DNA of 64,000 nt from a virus. The notes under the pieces were generated by a model. That model was not told the DNA's origin. It worked only from the letters and a program-made list of their open reading frames with translations, and did not search any database. The stretch covers positions 3,432 to 67,431 of the IMG/VR virus record IMGVR_UViG_3300045738_000438. One strand, given 5' to 3'. A program made the translations under genes and the position numbers. Shown piece by piece: positions 62,682 to 64,000 of the stretch. The first letter of the stretch is position 1. Each line of letters opens with the position of its first letter.

Positions 62682-62700
62682 TTAAACTATAATAGTTTTT
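62682..62700. repeat. 19-bp palindrome copy 14
   Basis: TTAAACTATAATAGTTTTT upstream of start 62665. Confidence 0.85.
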
Positions 62701-62765
62701 TAGGGTGAAACAGGGGGGATTTGACTCCCCCCTGCCCTCAACCATGTTGGAACCAACCAACCATG

Positions 62766-63299
62766 TTAGAAGACGGGTTCCTCAACGCCGCCTCCTATGG
62801 GGCTACCACTCAGTAGTCCCAAATTGCCAACCAACTTGAGGCCAGCCTTAGTAACGCCGTCCTTGTTCTCGTAAGTACGAGACTGAGCTTCCCCGGTGGC
62901 GTAGACCAAGGTGCCTTCCTTCAGTTCAGGGGCCAGTGCCTGTGGCCTGTCCCCAAATGCTAATACATCCCAGTAAGTGGAGAACACGGTTCCGTCACCT
63001 TTTGGGCTGGGTTTCTCCGTCACAACAGTAGCTGTAACGAACTTCGTTCCTGTCTTGGCAGACTCCCGTATAACGGCATCTCTGACCAAGGTTCCTACAA
63101 TAGCGCAGTTATTCATTTTGTCGAATGGTATGTATGTTTCGGTACTTTTTATCAAATACGCCCGTACCTTACTTAAGGCGTGAATTTCTATTTGCCGCAC
63201 GCGCTGGCGGGTAATCCCCATGATTTCCGCTACCTGCGAATGTGACTTCAGCGTGTTTTCAAATAGCACTTGCTTGTCGGATGTTCCGTAATGCTCCAT
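62766..63299 (-). CDS. ssb: single-stranded DNA-binding protein with in-frame N-terminal sigma70-r4-like HTH
   Basis: MNNCAIVGTLVRD OB-fold start at 63116, YWDVLAFG, acidic EEPVF tip; upstream in frame SHSQVAEIMGITRQRVRQIE. Confidence 0.75.
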   Translation of the reverse strand: MEHYGTSDKQVLFENTLKSHSQVAEIMGITRQRVRQIEIHALSKVRAYLIKSTETYIPFDKMNNCAIVGTLVRDAVIRESAKTGTKFVTATVVTEKPSPKGDGTVFSTYWDVLAFGDRPQALAPELKEGTLVYATGEAQSRTYENKDGVTKAGLKLVGNLGLLSGSPIGGGVEEPVF

Positions 63300-63521
63300 C
63301 AGGGCCAACCTGAACTTGGGCTTAAACAAACACGTCAAACAAATTAGTATCGGCTCCTCCAATCTGGAGAAGTGGAAAGAATTGCAACCTTCACATATGT
63401 AAATGGTTCCGCCTCCTGCCCCTGACTGTATCAAGTATTGGCACACTTTGGCAATCAAATTATTAAAGCGGCGCAAAAAAAACCAGAATTATTTATGATA
63501 TGTTGAAAAATAATACACGCC

Positions 63522-63899
63522 CTACGGCGTTGACGCATGGCAGTTGTAGCACTTCCCCCCTATGCGGTTGACCTGCATTAGCGGCCTTATTGTGTACGGG
63601 GGCGATCCGTCCTCAAAGTCGCTCATGTAGTAATACTGGATCAACTGCCGCTTGTAGTTTAGGCACTCCGTCTTCTGGGCCTCAAGTTTCACCTTTGCCA
63701 GAAGAGGAAGCTGGAGTGCCACAAGTATGGCTATGATTGAAACTACCGCCAGAAGTTCTATCAGGGTGAAGCTCCCCTCACAACAGGATTCAATCACCGT
63801 GTGACACTTGGGGCACTCCAAATGACCACGCATCACTATCGGCTGCTCAGTACACCCACAGTATTTGCAGCGGGGCTTTCTGTTGTGTGGCTCACTCAT
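63522..63899 (-). CDS. Zn-ribbon + prepilin-type N-methylation motif protein
   Basis: CKYC...CPKC, then SFTLIELLAVVSIIAILVALQLPLLAKVK...CLNYKRQL; terminal CYNCH. Confidence 0.75.
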   Translation of the reverse strand: MSEPHNRKPRCKYCGCTEQPIVMRGHLECPKCHTVIESCCEGSFTLIELLAVVSIIAILVALQLPLLAKVKLEAQKTECLNYKRQLIQYYYMSDFEDGSPPYTIRPLMQVNRIGGKCYNCHASTP

Positions 63900-64000
63900 G
63901 CCGTCAAGTAAATATATTGAGTAATTCTCTGTTGTTTCGGTAACCCGCTGGTAGCCAGTGGTTAACAGCACCACCAAAAAACGGTCAAACGCCGAACCGA

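Noticed and set aside
2590-62700. Palindromes as CRISPR repeats or recombinase core sites
   Set aside because: Copies are kilobases apart with no spacer array or cas operon; the 1-bp centre does not fit the 6-8 bp spacer of tyrosine recombinase sites
62703-62744. tRNA/tmRNA 3' end as attP (GGGGG-ATTTGAC-TCCCC...ACCA)
   Set aside because: Loop lacks the TTCRA T-loop consensus, it is far from int, and it is explained as a hairpin after ssb
1-64000. Stop-codon reassignment, introns, DGR or tRNA genes
   Set aside because: Genes tile densely in the standard code; no reverse transcriptase, homing endonuclease or cloverleaf recognised

Overview
The window is most of a tailed dsDNA phage genome with podovirus-like organisation. 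A Gram-negative PVC-group host (probably Verrucomicrobia) is inferred from a PVC-style prepilin motif and AC-rich leaders lacking Shine-Dalgarno sequences. The + strand from about 1 to 41 kb is the late module. It holds a glycosyltransferase, a holin/nested-spanin cassette, an inverted terminase large subunit, portal, scaffold, major capsid, tail and adhesin genes (a phosphoesterase fusion, a vWA protein, a second glycosyltransferase) and three ejection proteins. The last of these is a 4833-aa polyvalent protein with GrpE-like, ADP-ribosyltransferase, glycosylase-like and CmoA-like domains. The - strand from about 41 to 59 kb encodes a tyrosine recombinase, DnaB, resolvase, Cas4-like nuclease, SSAP-like protein, RlpA, a histone-fold-like protein, a ParB-like protein, a MoxR/vWA triad and an HD alarmone hydrolase-like protein. 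These early genes are separated by structured spacers, followed by a ~600-nt stem-rich non-coding region. The last 4 kb (- strand) encode DnaA-C-like, Nmad1, sigma-r4/SSB and prepilin-like proteins. The most striking unexplained signal is a 19-bp palindrome (TTAWACYAT-N-ATRGTWTAA) found 14 times, every 1-9 kb, both at gene junctions and inside genes. All protein calls come from motif recognition by eye; no database search was run.
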